NCBI GenBank assembly: GCA_900551855.1 | Contig: URXM01000002.1 | Location: forward strand, 102,290 to 166,289 | DNA: 64,000 nucleotides | Direction of reading: 5' to 3' | Source: an uncultured Eubacteriales bacterium | Lineage (GTDB): Bacteria > Bacillota > Clostridia > Christensenellales > UBA1242 | Part shown: positions 38,197-46,434 of the stretch, piece by piece | Layout: each line of letters begins with the position of its first letter | How positions within the stretch are numbered: position 1 is the first letter of the stretch | Notes under the pieces: model-generated | Seen by the model: only the letters and a program-made list of their open reading frames with translations | Database searches by the model: none | What the model was told of the DNA's origin: nothing | Translations under genes and position numbers: made by a program

Positions 38197-38661
38197 TTAG
38201 TTTTTTAATGAAAAACCTTCACAAGAGAAACTATCTGCAAAAACACTAGCAATGTCAGTAATAATATTGTTGCAAAGTTCAAGTTCTCCGCTTTTTATAG
38301 ACAAAAGCATGAGTTTGAGTATAAGCATATTTTCGATTGAAATCAAACTCAAAAATGAATTGTTTGCATTTTCCACACAATTAAATTTGTGTGGTTTTTT
38401 CTTGTCAAATTTTTCAGCAAGAGAAATCTCTGATGAAACAAGTTTTTCTTTAAGTACTGCAGAATCCAAATGTTTATCAAGATTTTCTAAACATGCCAAC
38501 ATTTTTTCAATCAAGACAAAGACTTCTCCAACAAGCAAGTTAAACTCTTCTTCCTCCAACTTAACAAAAACAAACCCTTTATTTTTTAAAGATTTGGAGT
38601 ATGCTTTTGCTATTTGTTCGAAGTTTGAAGGCATAAGTTCATCATCATAAATATTTTCCAT
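38197..38661 (-). CDS. Hypothetical acidic protein (154 aa)
   Basis: Composition is protein-like, whereas the overlapping plus-strand ORF (38252-38650) is S/F/L-rich, as expected for antisense reading of AT-rich coding DNA. Confidence 0.55.
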   Translation of the reverse strand: MENIYDDELMPSNFEQIAKAYSKSLKNKGFVFVKLEEEEFNLLVGEVFVLIEKMLACLENLDKHLDSAVLKEKLVSSEISLAEKFDKKKPHKFNCVENANNSFLSLISIENMLILKLMLLSIKSGELELCNNIITDIASVFADSFSCEGFSLKN

Positions 38662-38699
38662 AGTTTTATTTATGCATTAAGCGTTTTTTATGTTTGCAA

Positions 38700-38732
38700 A
38701 AAAATAAAGCGTGCTATATAAACACGCCTTAT
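38700..38732 (-). terminator. Rho-independent terminator after the coupling-protein gene
   Basis: Minus strand reads AAGGCGTG-TTTATATAG-CACGCTTTATTTTTTT. Confidence 0.6.
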
Positions 38733-38735
38733 TTA

Positions 38736-40733
38736 TTAAAAATCGAAAGGATTTGAAGACTTCAAAATTTTCTTATTTCTCATTTTAATATCATAATAAA
38801 CTTTTGCTGTATCCAAACTCTTCATAATTCCAATAGGTTTTTCAGCATCTTTCTTATAGAAGAATGGAACTTGATCATATCTTGTAAGTTTCAATTTCAT
38901 TGGGTTGTATCTAAACAATTTTACGATAACTGTTCCAAAAGGTAATTGTCCAAGTTCGTAAGGAGTGATAAGAGCTCTGTTTGTTCTTTGTGTTTGAACA
39001 CTTGTGCTTGTACTCTTTCCTTCTTTTCCTTTTTCTGATTTTGAAGTGCTTGTACTTGTTTCTTCGTGTATAAGTTGAACTTCGCCACACATTTTAGAGA
39101 AGCTGTCACGAGTAGGTTGGTCATCTGTTCCAATATAGATTTGTGCGTTGCAGTTTCCTATAATTGTTTTTGAAGAATCTGCACCATATTTTGTTTCAAG
39201 CTGTGTATATGATTGAACTGCCATTTCGTAAAGAATGTTTCTACCACGAGATACAGTGATCATACTATCAAACTTTGGAATAGGTGGCAAGTTACCAAAT
39301 TCTTCCAAAATGAAGTAAACATGTTTTGGCAACTTTTTATCATGATATGAGTTTGCTTTATCAACCAATCTTTTATAGAGCTGTGACAAACAAAGAATTG
39401 CAAGGTTATGTCTTTCTTCTCTGTCATCAGGAATGATAAGGTAGAATGCTGTAGGTTTGCTTGTAAAATCATCAAAATTGATATCACTTTGAGATGTAAG
39501 ATAAGAGATACCGATATCATTCATGAAAGAAATCTTTCCATTTAAAACGCCGATGTATGATTTTGTTGTGTTAGGAGAGTTGTTGATAACTGCAGAAGTT
39601 AAGTTTGGAACGGTTGATGTTGCTTCATCTCTGCCTTGCAACAAATATTTTCTTACTGTCTCGAATGGTGCTTCGGCATCAGGGTCTCTAAATGTGGCAA
39701 TTTTATATAAGTTGAAGAAGTTGAATTTTTCTTTTGTCATTCCAAGTTCTGGATTTAAACTGTCTTCAAGCATAGCCAATGCACAACCATACAAGTAATC
39801 TTGTGCACCTTCTTCCCATGTAGGATCTTGTGCTTTTGATTTTGGAGCAATTGTATTGCAAATTTCTCTCAATTCATTTTGAGCTAAATCGCAATAAACT
39901 TGTTCAGCACTGCTTACTGCCACTCTCAATTGATCTTCATTTGGATAAGCAACGCCTTCAAATCCATACCATTCTTGTCCGTAAGTTTCACCAGGGATTT
40001 CTTGATATCCAGCGTCTTTTGGGCGAATACCATTGGTACATTTTTTGATATTGTTTTTGCAGTTTTTCCCTTTATGGTAAACTTCATAAGCGTGTTCCAT
40101 TGGGTTCCAACGAGTGGATGAGAATGGATCTCTTAAGTCAAGGGTGATTACTCTATAACCTTCATCTTCCAAAATTTTGCTTGTCTTTGTATAAAGTTCG
40201 CCTTTAGGGTCAGAAATAACCATACATGGTTTTTCTCCAGAGTGAGCATAAATTCTGATTGATGGAACAAGACAAAGAGATGTTTTACCAGAGGCGGTAG
40301 TACCTATGATAAGACAGTGATATTCGTCTTTCATTGCAATTTGATATTTGCCGTTTTCAATAACATTTCTAAAAACAATACCAGTGTTTTTCAATGAAGG
40401 AAGTGCAGACCAAGTTGTTGTTATCAAGCCATATTGTTTTGAAATTAGTTCTGGTTTCAACCACTGAGCATCATAAGAAAGTTCCATTTCTTGTCCGCCA
40501 GCAGTTTTACCTTTGGAGTCTTTCTTTTCTTCTTTCTTTGGTTTTGACATAAAGTAGAATAAAATTCCTGCGACAGCACCAACACCAGCACCAACAAACG
40601 CATAATCAGTTGACATAGATTCTATAAGGCTTGAAGGATCTTGTGTAAAGTAATGAAGTGCAACGCCTGCAGCATATCCAACTATTGTCAAAATTACAAA
40701 AGAAATGATAAATGATTTAAGTTTCTTTGACAT
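38736..40733 (-). CDS. Type IV secretion coupling protein (VirD4/TraG/TraD family ATPase)
   Basis: Two N-terminal TMs, Walker A GTTASGKTS, the family-typical DPKGELY motif, Walker-B-like FILEEFGNL, and the RGRNILYEMAVQSYTQLETKYG motif. ATG at 40733 lies 5 nt after GGAG. Confidence 0.85.
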   Translation of the reverse strand: MSKKLKSFIISFVILTIVGYAAGVALHYFTQDPSSLIESMSTDYAFVGAGVGAVAGILFYFMSKPKKEEKKDSKGKTAGGQEMELSYDAQWLKPELISKQYGLITTTWSALPSLKNTGIVFRNVIENGKYQIAMKDEYHCLIIGTTASGKTSLCLVPSIRIYAHSGEKPCMVISDPKGELYTKTSKILEDEGYRVITLDLRDPFSSTRWNPMEHAYEVYHKGKNCKNNIKKCTNGIRPKDAGYQEIPGETYGQEWYGFEGVAYPNEDQLRVAVSSAEQVYCDLAQNELREICNTIAPKSKAQDPTWEEGAQDYLYGCALAMLEDSLNPELGMTKEKFNFFNLYKIATFRDPDAEAPFETVRKYLLQGRDEATSTVPNLTSAVINNSPNTTKSYIGVLNGKISFMNDIGISYLTSQSDINFDDFTSKPTAFYLIIPDDREERHNLAILCLSQLYKRLVDKANSYHDKKLPKHVYFILEEFGNLPPIPKFDSMITVSRGRNILYEMAVQSYTQLETKYGADSSKTIIGNCNAQIYIGTDDQPTRDSFSKMCGEVQLIHEETSTSTSKSEKGKEGKSTSTSVQTQRTNRALITPYELGQLPFGTVIVKLFRYNPMKLKLTRYDQVPFFYKKDAEKPIGIMKSLDTAKVYYDIKMRNKKILKSSNPFDF

Positions 40734-40883
40734 ATAAGCTCCTTGCAAAAAGATTAAACTTTACATTTTTATTTTAAACATAAATTAAAAAAAAAGCAAG
40801 AAAATTTTATATTTATAGTTATTATATATAAATATTATCATTTACTTTATTACATATAGAAATTTTTAGGATGCGGAGGGGTG

Positions 40884-40912
40884 TTGATTTTTTTATTTTG
40901 GAGTGATATAAT
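40884..40912 (+). promoter_or_regulatory. Near-consensus extended -10 promoter
   Basis: TTGATT (40884-40889), 17-nt spacer ending in TGA, TATAAT (40907-40912). Confidence 0.65.
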
Positions 40913-40916
40913 ATAT

Positions 40917-41229
40917 ATGTATCAAGCATAGATACCGTTATGCTCGGACTGTTAACTAAGTGCCAAAATGATAAGGGTGTTGCATTTATGTTATGTCCGT
41001 TTCTAGTTACGGGTTATAAAAATTTGTGATTATCTTTTTGGTCAGCATAAACGGCACAGGTCTTGAACATCTTGATTCCCATCAAGAAATCTCAGTCAAA
41101 GATTCTTGCTTAAATGTGTGAGGTGTACCCTATAAAGGCAAAGGCATGCACAATAAAAGGTACAAATCGGTCTATGGTGGCAAGAGAAATAGTCTTTGGC
41201 GAAAGAAAGGGTTTAATAAATATTTTTGT
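40917..41229 (+). ncRNA. Candidate structured leader or ncRNA of unknown class
   Basis: This spacer is markedly richer in G/C than the other intergenic DNA in the window. Nested complementary segments: AGCATA/TATGCT (40925-40943); CCGTTATGCT (40934-40943) with AGCATAAACGG (41044-41054); CGGAC/GTCCG (40944-40998); ATCAAG (40921-40926) or ATCAAG (41080-41085) competing for CTTGAT (41070-41075); TGTACC/GGTACA (41123-41163). No riboswitch consensus was recognised. Confidence 0.4.
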
Positions 41230-41940
41230 ATGTCATATGTCAGTTTTATAATTGCACAAATTTTAGGCTTGACGGCGACAGTTGTTCTATGTCTTTCTTA
41301 TACAGTTAAAGACAAAAAGAAATTTTTGATTCTTGGCTTTTTTGGAGATATAGTTTATGGCTTAACATTCATATTTGTTAATTCTTGGGGAGCAGGAGTG
41401 ATAACTTTGTTATCATGTTTGCAATCTTTATGTTTCTATCTTTACGACAAGAAACATAAAAAAATGCCAAAAACAATTGCATTTATCTTTGTTGTTGCAT
41501 TTATTGTTGCGGGAGTATGTGATTTTTCAAGTTATTGGGATTTGATTCCTATCTTCTCATATTCTTGGTTTACAATTGCATTATACTTTGATGATGTAGA
41601 AGCTATTAGGTTGATTTACATTGTACCAAACATGCTTCAAATTGTGTATGACTTAGTGGTTATGGCATATGCCAATGCTATTGAAGACGGGTTGGAAACA
41701 GCGTTTTTGATTGCGGTCACAATTCTTGCTTATGTAAAGTCAAGAAAGACTATCAAAAAACCTGCTTTCAAATTTGCAACACTTAAAAAATTTAAAAGAC
41801 TTATGAGTAGAATTATAGGAGTTGAAGATTTCGACTTACAGTCCGCCACTCACAAAGTCAAAACTAGTGATAACCATGAAACATACACTTGGAATTGGAA
41901 CGAAGTTATCATGTTGTGCCCAATTGACAGATATGGTTAG
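41146..41940 (+). CDS. YgjV-like inner membrane protein with a C-terminal extension
   Basis: Five hydrophobic helices in a pattern reminiscent of the Imp-YgjV family. The start is ambiguous: ATG at 41146 gives a basic tail, while ATG at 41230 starts at MSYVSFIIAQ. Neither has a strong RBS. Confidence 0.6.
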   Translation: MHNKRYKSVYGGKRNSLWRKKGFNKYFCMSYVSFIIAQILGLTATVVLCLSYTVKDKKKFLILGFFGDIVYGLTFIFVNSWGAGVITLLSCLQSLCFYLYDKKHKKMPKTIAFIFVVAFIVAGVCDFSSYWDLIPIFSYSWFTIALYFDDVEAIRLIYIVPNMLQIVYDLVVMAYANAIEDGLETAFLIAVTILAYVKSRKTIKKPAFKFATLKKFKRLMSRIIGVEDFDLQSATHKVKTSDNHETYTWNWNEVIMLCPIDRYG

Positions 41941-41969
41941 CGTGAATTTGCGTGTCGCATTTTGCGACT

Positions 41970-42005
41970 AAAAAAGAGAGAAATTGCCGATTCTCTCTTT
42001 TTTAT
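41970..42005. terminator. Bidirectional terminator
   Basis: AAAGAGAGAA (41973-41982) pairs with TTCTCTCTTT (41991-42000), flanked by an A-run and a T-run. Confidence 0.7.
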
Positions 42006-42006
42006 T

Positions 42007-42618
42007 TTAATCTTGATTTATAACTTTTTTGCTCCAACTTCTTTTTCCACATTTAGGACATTTCAAATATCTAGTTCTGCCCATGTGCATTGCGAATAAA
42101 ACAGAACGATAGGTTGGGATATATTTATTGTGACAATGTTCGCATTCATAAAAACCAGCGACTTGTTCTATTCTGATTGTAAAAATTATACCAATTAAAA
42201 GAATGGTGCAGGAAAATACAATCAATGCAATTCTCCAACCTAAATTTTCAGTTGCAAAAACTGCACAAAGAATCAGAACAAAATAAGTAAAAATAGACAT
42301 GTAACCTATTACCCATTCAAGTGTGAAAAGGTGTTTTGTGCTTGCTTCTTGTTGTGTTTTTAACAGAATTAAGTTTTTTTCTGCATTGCTTCTGTATTCT
42401 TCTTCTGACAAAAGTTTTCCAGAAAGCAATTCATTTGCAGTTATATCAAGAGCATTGCATAATGGAAGAATAAGAGAAGTATCAGGGAAACCATAGCCGC
42501 ATTCCCATTTAGATACGGTTTTTTCGCTTATGTTCATTTTCTTTGCGAGCTCTGATTGGGTCAATTTTTTAAATTTTCTTCTTTCTGCAATAAATTTTCC
42601 AATTTGCATTAAGTCCAT
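42007..42618 (-). CDS. XRE-family HTH regulator fused to two TM helices and a C-terminal zinc ribbon
   Basis: HTH_3 pattern LTQSELAKKMNISEKTVSKWECG, hydrophobic helices, then CEHC...CPKC. ATG at 42618 lies behind AAAGGAG; the track start at 42744 is upstream of this RBS. Confidence 0.8.
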   Translation of the reverse strand: MDLMQIGKFIAERRKFKKLTQSELAKKMNISEKTVSKWECGYGFPDTSLILPLCNALDITANELLSGKLLSEEEYRSNAEKNLILLKTQQEASTKHLFTLEWVIGYMSIFTYFVLILCAVFATENLGWRIALIVFSCTILLIGIIFTIRIEQVAGFYECEHCHNKYIPTYRSVLFAMHMGRTRYLKCPKCGKRSWSKKVINQD

Positions 42619-42737
42619 AATTTTCTCCTTTGATGCAATTATTATATCACATAATTTTTTCAAACAACTCCTACAAACCGTAGAGTTTAGAATAAAATAA
42701 TATGTATTTGCTGTGAAAGTGTAAAAAATTCTAAAGG

Positions 42738-42766
42738 TTGACAATAAAAAGTATGAATGCTAAAAT
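42738..42766 (+). promoter_or_regulatory. Sigma-70-type promoter for tRNA-Arg
   Basis: TTGACA (42738-42743), 17-nt spacer, TAAAAT (42761-42766), about 40 nt upstream of the tRNA. Confidence 0.6.
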
Positions 42767-42807
42767 AAATGACACAAAACGGAAATGAAATTTTGTCAAA
42801 AATATAT

Positions 42808-42884
42808 GCTCTCGTAACTCAACTGGATAGAGTGTTCGGCTTCGAACCGAAAGGTTGCGGGTTCAAGTCCTGCCGAGAGCACCA
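42808..42884 (+). tRNA. tRNA-Arg (anticodon UCG), CCA encoded
   Basis: Hand-folded cloverleaf: acceptor GCTCTCG/CGAGAGC, D arm ACTC/GAGT, anticodon stem TTCGG/CCGAA with loop CTTCGAA, T arm GCGGG-TTCAAGT-CCTGC, 3' ACCA. Confidence 0.95.
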
Positions 42885-42958
42885 AACAAAATTTATTGAA
42901 TAGTTGTTTAGAATGGTGTATTTTCTTGATAACACAAATTAAAAGGAGCATAGTATAT

Positions 42959-43477
42959 ATGATTTTTTATCATGGAAGCAAAAACCCAGATTTGAAATTG
43001 CTTGAAAAAAATCATTCACGGGATGGTTTTGTTTATGCAACTACAGATAAATTAGTGGCATTAACATATGCAGCAAGAAGTTTTCCAAACCTTTTTACAA
43101 CTCAAAATGGGAAAATATATTTTTTTGAGCTAGCACCAAACTTGTTTGAAAAAATGACAAAAGGTAAATGTTGTTATATTTACACATTAGAAGATAAAGG
43201 GTTTTCTCCTGTAGTTCAAAAAAATCAAAAATGTGCTCACCAGAATTGCTATTGTACAGCTAACGATGTAAAAATAACATCACGAGAAGAAATTACAGAT
43301 GCTTATGACGAGCTTTTAAGATATCAAAAACAAGGCGAATTTATAGTTTGTAGACATTGCGACATACCTGATGATACAAAGAATAAAATGATTGACGAAA
43401 TTGTTGCTGTAGCCAAGACTTTGCCAAAATCAAAAATCGAAGATGAAAACAATTTTTGGAAAATCTTTTTAAAATAG
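42959..43477 (+). CDS. Hypothetical 172-aa protein (possible H-Y-E ADP-ribosyltransferase-like fold, speculative)
   Basis: ATG at 42959 lies behind AAAAGGAG. N-terminal FYHGS, then GFVYATT...ALTYA, then CYIYTLED. Confidence 0.55.
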   Translation: MIFYHGSKNPDLKLLEKNHSRDGFVYATTDKLVALTYAARSFPNLFTTQNGKIYFFELAPNLFEKMTKGKCCYIYTLEDKGFSPVVQKNQKCAHQNCYCTANDVKITSREEITDAYDELLRYQKQGEFIVCRHCDIPDDTKNKMIDEIVAVAKTLPKSKIEDENNFWKIFLK

Positions 43478-43687
43478 AAATGATAAAAATGAAAAAAAAT
43501 TATTTTTTATAAATAGTATTATTTATTTTTATAAAATTATATTTAACTAATTATTCCTCTTATTAGATGTGTTAGTTAAATATTTTTTATATTTATTAAA
43601 AATTATCTTTTTATATTTTACAATATAAAATTGCTTTGGTTAAAAATTTGTTTTGTGTTATACTATTTTTGTAAAAATGGAGGGGAC

Positions 43688-45592
43688 ATGAAAAAGTTTT
43701 TATCTGTTTTATCTGTATTTTGTTTAACATTGTTTGCAGGTGCATTTTTATGTGCTTGTGGTGGAAAGTCAAACTATACAATCAGTGTCTCTACAAGTGG
43801 AGAGAACTCACACATTGAAGTTGTGCTACAGAAAGATGGAGAAACTCTTACACAAGAAGAATCTGGAGCCTATAATGTAGAGAAATCATCAAACATTAAA
43901 GTCTTAATCAATGCCACTCAACATGGTGTTGATATGAGTGAGCTTTCTGTAAAGGTCAACAACGAGAACAAACAGGTTGTTGTCAACAAAGAGTACAGTC
44001 CGTTAATTAGCAGTAGTACATTAAATTATGGTTATTTTTTGATTTCTAATTTAAATAAAGATTTAGACATTGTCGTTTCTGGAGAAAAAATAATTTCTTC
44101 TACATTCACTTTTGAGGTAGATGATATTGAAGATCCAGAAGTCATAACAAAATTAAAAATGACAAGTATTTGCCTTGTATATGGAGAAATGACTGAAGAA
44201 GGAGAAAACCCAACTCCTGAGTATGTAAATTTTTATGATTATTTGACAAGTGGCGAAGACTTAAGTTTTGAGAGAGAATATGATGAAAGTGGAGAAATGT
44301 TTAATTCTTATAAAACATTTAGATTGAAATTTGAAGGAATTACTCCTTTCAATTTGGAAGAGGGATATCCTTTTGAAATTAAAGCAGTAGATGGACAACC
44401 AGAGCAAATTGGATCCATGAATTATATGGATGATTATTATGTTGTAGATTTGGGCGATATTGGCATGTCTTCCGAATACACAATTTTGGTTAATTATAAG
44501 ACTTTGAATTATCAAAGATACAACATATCAGTGCCACAAAACAACTTGACTTATTCTATTGAAGTGCCAAGTGAAATTATAAGTTATGATCAAGAAGAAA
44601 TCATTACATTGACAAAAAATCTTGATAATGATAAAGCTGATTTCACAAACATGAGAGTTTATATAAATTCATTGGAATTGGAAAAGGTTGAAGGTGGTGA
44701 AAAAGAAAATACAATTCAATATCTGATTCCAAAAGGCATAACTCCAGCTTCTACAGGTGGGGTAAATGTATATAGAATCAGTGTTGATGGGATAGAATAC
44801 TTGGTTCCAGTTTATAAATTGTATGCAAACTCTGTTGAACCTGTTTATGAAAACCAATTTATAATGCCAGAAATTTGGGCTGTTGATGATAAAGGACAAA
44901 AAATAGGTGTTGTAAGTGTTGGATCTGATGGAGAACAAATGACTTTGGAAGGACAAAGAAATGCCATTATTTGGAGTTATAATTACGATGAAGAAAATCA
45001 GGCATATTATTCTTTGTATGATTTATATGATTACAGCATTTACGCAAATTCCGACCTAGTACTCAATATTAAAGAAACTTTGGATGGAGCGACTCAAGAC
45101 TTAAATGTTGAATTAGAAAATGGATATGTTTTTAAAGCTTTTTACAATCAAGAGTCAAAGAAATTTGACAGTTTCCAACTTGAATTTTATTGTACAGAAG
45201 ATACTATGTTTGAGTTTAGAGATTTTGTAATGTTTAGCAAAAATATAAATATTTCCTATTCTTTTGATGATACTAGAATTGACAATGTTGAATATGCAGT
45301 ATTAAAATCAGAAGACACATCAACTGCTGTTTGGGCACAATTGGATGGCGAAGGAAGAACTTTAGCTGTTAATGGCGGAGATGTTGTTGCATTTAGATTG
45401 TCTTCTACAAGAGATGTTATTGGAGAGCACGAGTTTAAAATTGAAAACAGCAAAATCTGTAATTCTTGGTATAACGGTGAAAGTTATGAGTTAAACGGAT
45501 CACAATATACAATTTTGAAATTTATTGTTTCTGAAATTCAATATGATGGAAGCATGGATTTCAAACTTGTTCCTGCAGGTGCCGTATTATAA
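43688..45592 (+). CDS. Lipoprotein (634 aa), function unknown
   Basis: ATG at 43688 lies behind GGAGGGG. Signal peptide MKKFLSVLSVFCLTLFAGAFLCAC has a lipobox (FLCAC|G). Confidence 0.8.
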   Translation: MKKFLSVLSVFCLTLFAGAFLCACGGKSNYTISVSTSGENSHIEVVLQKDGETLTQEESGAYNVEKSSNIKVLINATQHGVDMSELSVKVNNENKQVVVNKEYSPLISSSTLNYGYFLISNLNKDLDIVVSGEKIISSTFTFEVDDIEDPEVITKLKMTSICLVYGEMTEEGENPTPEYVNFYDYLTSGEDLSFEREYDESGEMFNSYKTFRLKFEGITPFNLEEGYPFEIKAVDGQPEQIGSMNYMDDYYVVDLGDIGMSSEYTILVNYKTLNYQRYNISVPQNNLTYSIEVPSEIISYDQEEIITLTKNLDNDKADFTNMRVYINSLELEKVEGGEKENTIQYLIPKGITPASTGGVNVYRISVDGIEYLVPVYKLYANSVEPVYENQFIMPEIWAVDDKGQKIGVVSVGSDGEQMTLEGQRNAIIWSYNYDEENQAYYSLYDLYDYSIYANSDLVLNIKETLDGATQDLNVELENGYVFKAFYNQESKKFDSFQLEFYCTEDTMFEFRDFVMFSKNINISYSFDDTRIDNVEYAVLKSEDTSTAVWAQLDGEGRTLAVNGGDVVAFRLSSTRDVIGEHEFKIENSKICNSWYNGESYELNGSQYTILKFIVSEIQYDGSMDFKLVPAGAVL

Positions 45593-45600
45593 GAGGTGAA

Positions 45601-45927
45601 ATGGAAAGATTTTTTGATCGAGTATATAATGTCGTAAAAGATATTCCAAAAGGCAAGGTGGCCACTTATGGTCAAATTGCAAAGATTTTAGGAGCACCAA
45701 GATATTCAAGATTTGTAGGATTTGCATTGCATTCAAATCCAAATCCTAAAGAAATCCCTTGTCATAGGGTGGTAAATAGATTTGGACAAGTGAGCAAAAG
45801 TTTTGCTTTTGGCGGAGAAAACTCTCAAAAAAAATTGCTGGAAGCGGAAGGAATTGTTTTCAGCAAAGATGGAACAATTGATATGAAAAAGTATCAATGG
45901 AAACAAGAATTGTTGGGAATAGAATAA
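45601..45927 (+). CDS. MGMT-family protein (methylated-DNA--protein-cysteine methyltransferase, DNA-binding/active-site domain only)
   Basis: Motifs KVATYGQIAKILG and the active-site motif IPCHRVV. At 108 aa it lacks the N-terminal domain. Confidence 0.8.
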   Translation: MERFFDRVYNVVKDIPKGKVATYGQIAKILGAPRYSRFVGFALHSNPNPKEIPCHRVVNRFGQVSKSFAFGGENSQKKLLEAEGIVFSKDGTIDMKKYQWKQELLGIE

Positions 45928-45937
45928 AAAATAAAAA

Positions 45938-45970
45938 TAAAAAATCACTAGATTTTTCTAGTGATTTTTT
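45938..45970. terminator. Bidirectional terminator
   Basis: AAATCACTAG (45941-45950) pairs with CTAGTGATTT (45957-45966), flanked by an A-run and a T-run. Confidence 0.75.
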
Positions 45971-46373
45971 AAACATTTTCTAATGATTTTTTGTCTTGAC
46001 GTTCTAAAGATTTTGAAAATTTTTTCAATGCTGAATAATCTATATTTTCTTCTTTTTTCTCTGGAGAGAAAGCAGGTTTAACATGTTCAACAAAATATGA
46101 TGAAAGCATATCATTATTTTCTGATAAGAAAATTGGGCTATATTTCAACATTCCATCTGAGCAAACTCTCTTTTCGAGTAATAAAAAGTGAATAGAGTTT
46201 TTGATTTTGCTAACTGGAACATAACCAGATTTACCAAATTTAACCAAAAGTACTTTTTGTGCAACTCTTATTTTGCCAAAATTGTTGTAATCGTCAATAT
46301 CATTATCAGTTGAATATTTGCTCAAACTCTTATAAACGTCTCCTATAAATATTCTTGATTTTTCTATTTTCAT
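45969..46373 (-). CDS. Hypothetical protein (134 aa)
   Basis: ORF with RBS AAAGGAG upstream of the ATG; no recognised motif. Confidence 0.5.
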   Translation of the reverse strand: MKIEKSRIFIGDVYKSLSKYSTDNDIDDYNNFGKIRVAQKVLLVKFGKSGYVPVSKIKNSIHFLLLEKRVCSDGMLKYSPIFLSENNDMLSSYFVEHVKPAFSPEKKEENIDYSALKKFSKSLERQDKKSLENV

Positions 46374-46434
46374 GATATCTCCTTTACGCTTGAGATTATA
46401 ACATAAGGTAGAAATATTGTCAATAGGGGCCGTT

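Noticed and set aside
41146-41229. Treating the first 28 codons (MHNKRYKSVYGGKRNSLWRKKGFNKYFC) as certain coding sequence of the YgjV-like gene
   Set aside because: Neither ATG 41146 nor ATG 41230 has a good Shine-Dalgarno sequence, and this stretch takes part in predicted RNA helices. The start is left ambiguous rather than asserted. This affects only the boundary between the leader RNA and the CDS.
42738-42752. Identical 15-mer TTGACAATAAAAAGT in the tRNA-Arg promoter and, on the minus strand, in the glyQS T-box promoter (20067-20053)
   Set aside because: It consists of a consensus -35 hexamer followed by an A-rich spacer. This most likely reflects convergent promoter and UP-like composition rather than a shared regulatory site or repeat element.
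43541-43581. 10-bp perfect inverted repeat ATTTAACTAA ... TTAGTTAAAT (21-nt spacer) upstream of the lipoprotein gene, as a possible operator
   Set aside because: In a spacer that is nearly pure A/T, a 10-bp A/T-only inverted repeat is plausible by chance. No second copy or adjacent regulator gene supports a function.
42808-45927. Integrated mobile element or genomic island at the 3' end of tRNA-Arg
   Set aside because: No integrase, recombinase or transposase ORF is present, and I could not find a direct repeat of the tRNA 3' end downstream by eye. The genes there (a hypothetical protein, a lipoprotein, an MGMT-like protein) carry no mobility signature. An ancient, decayed island cannot be excluded without comparative data.
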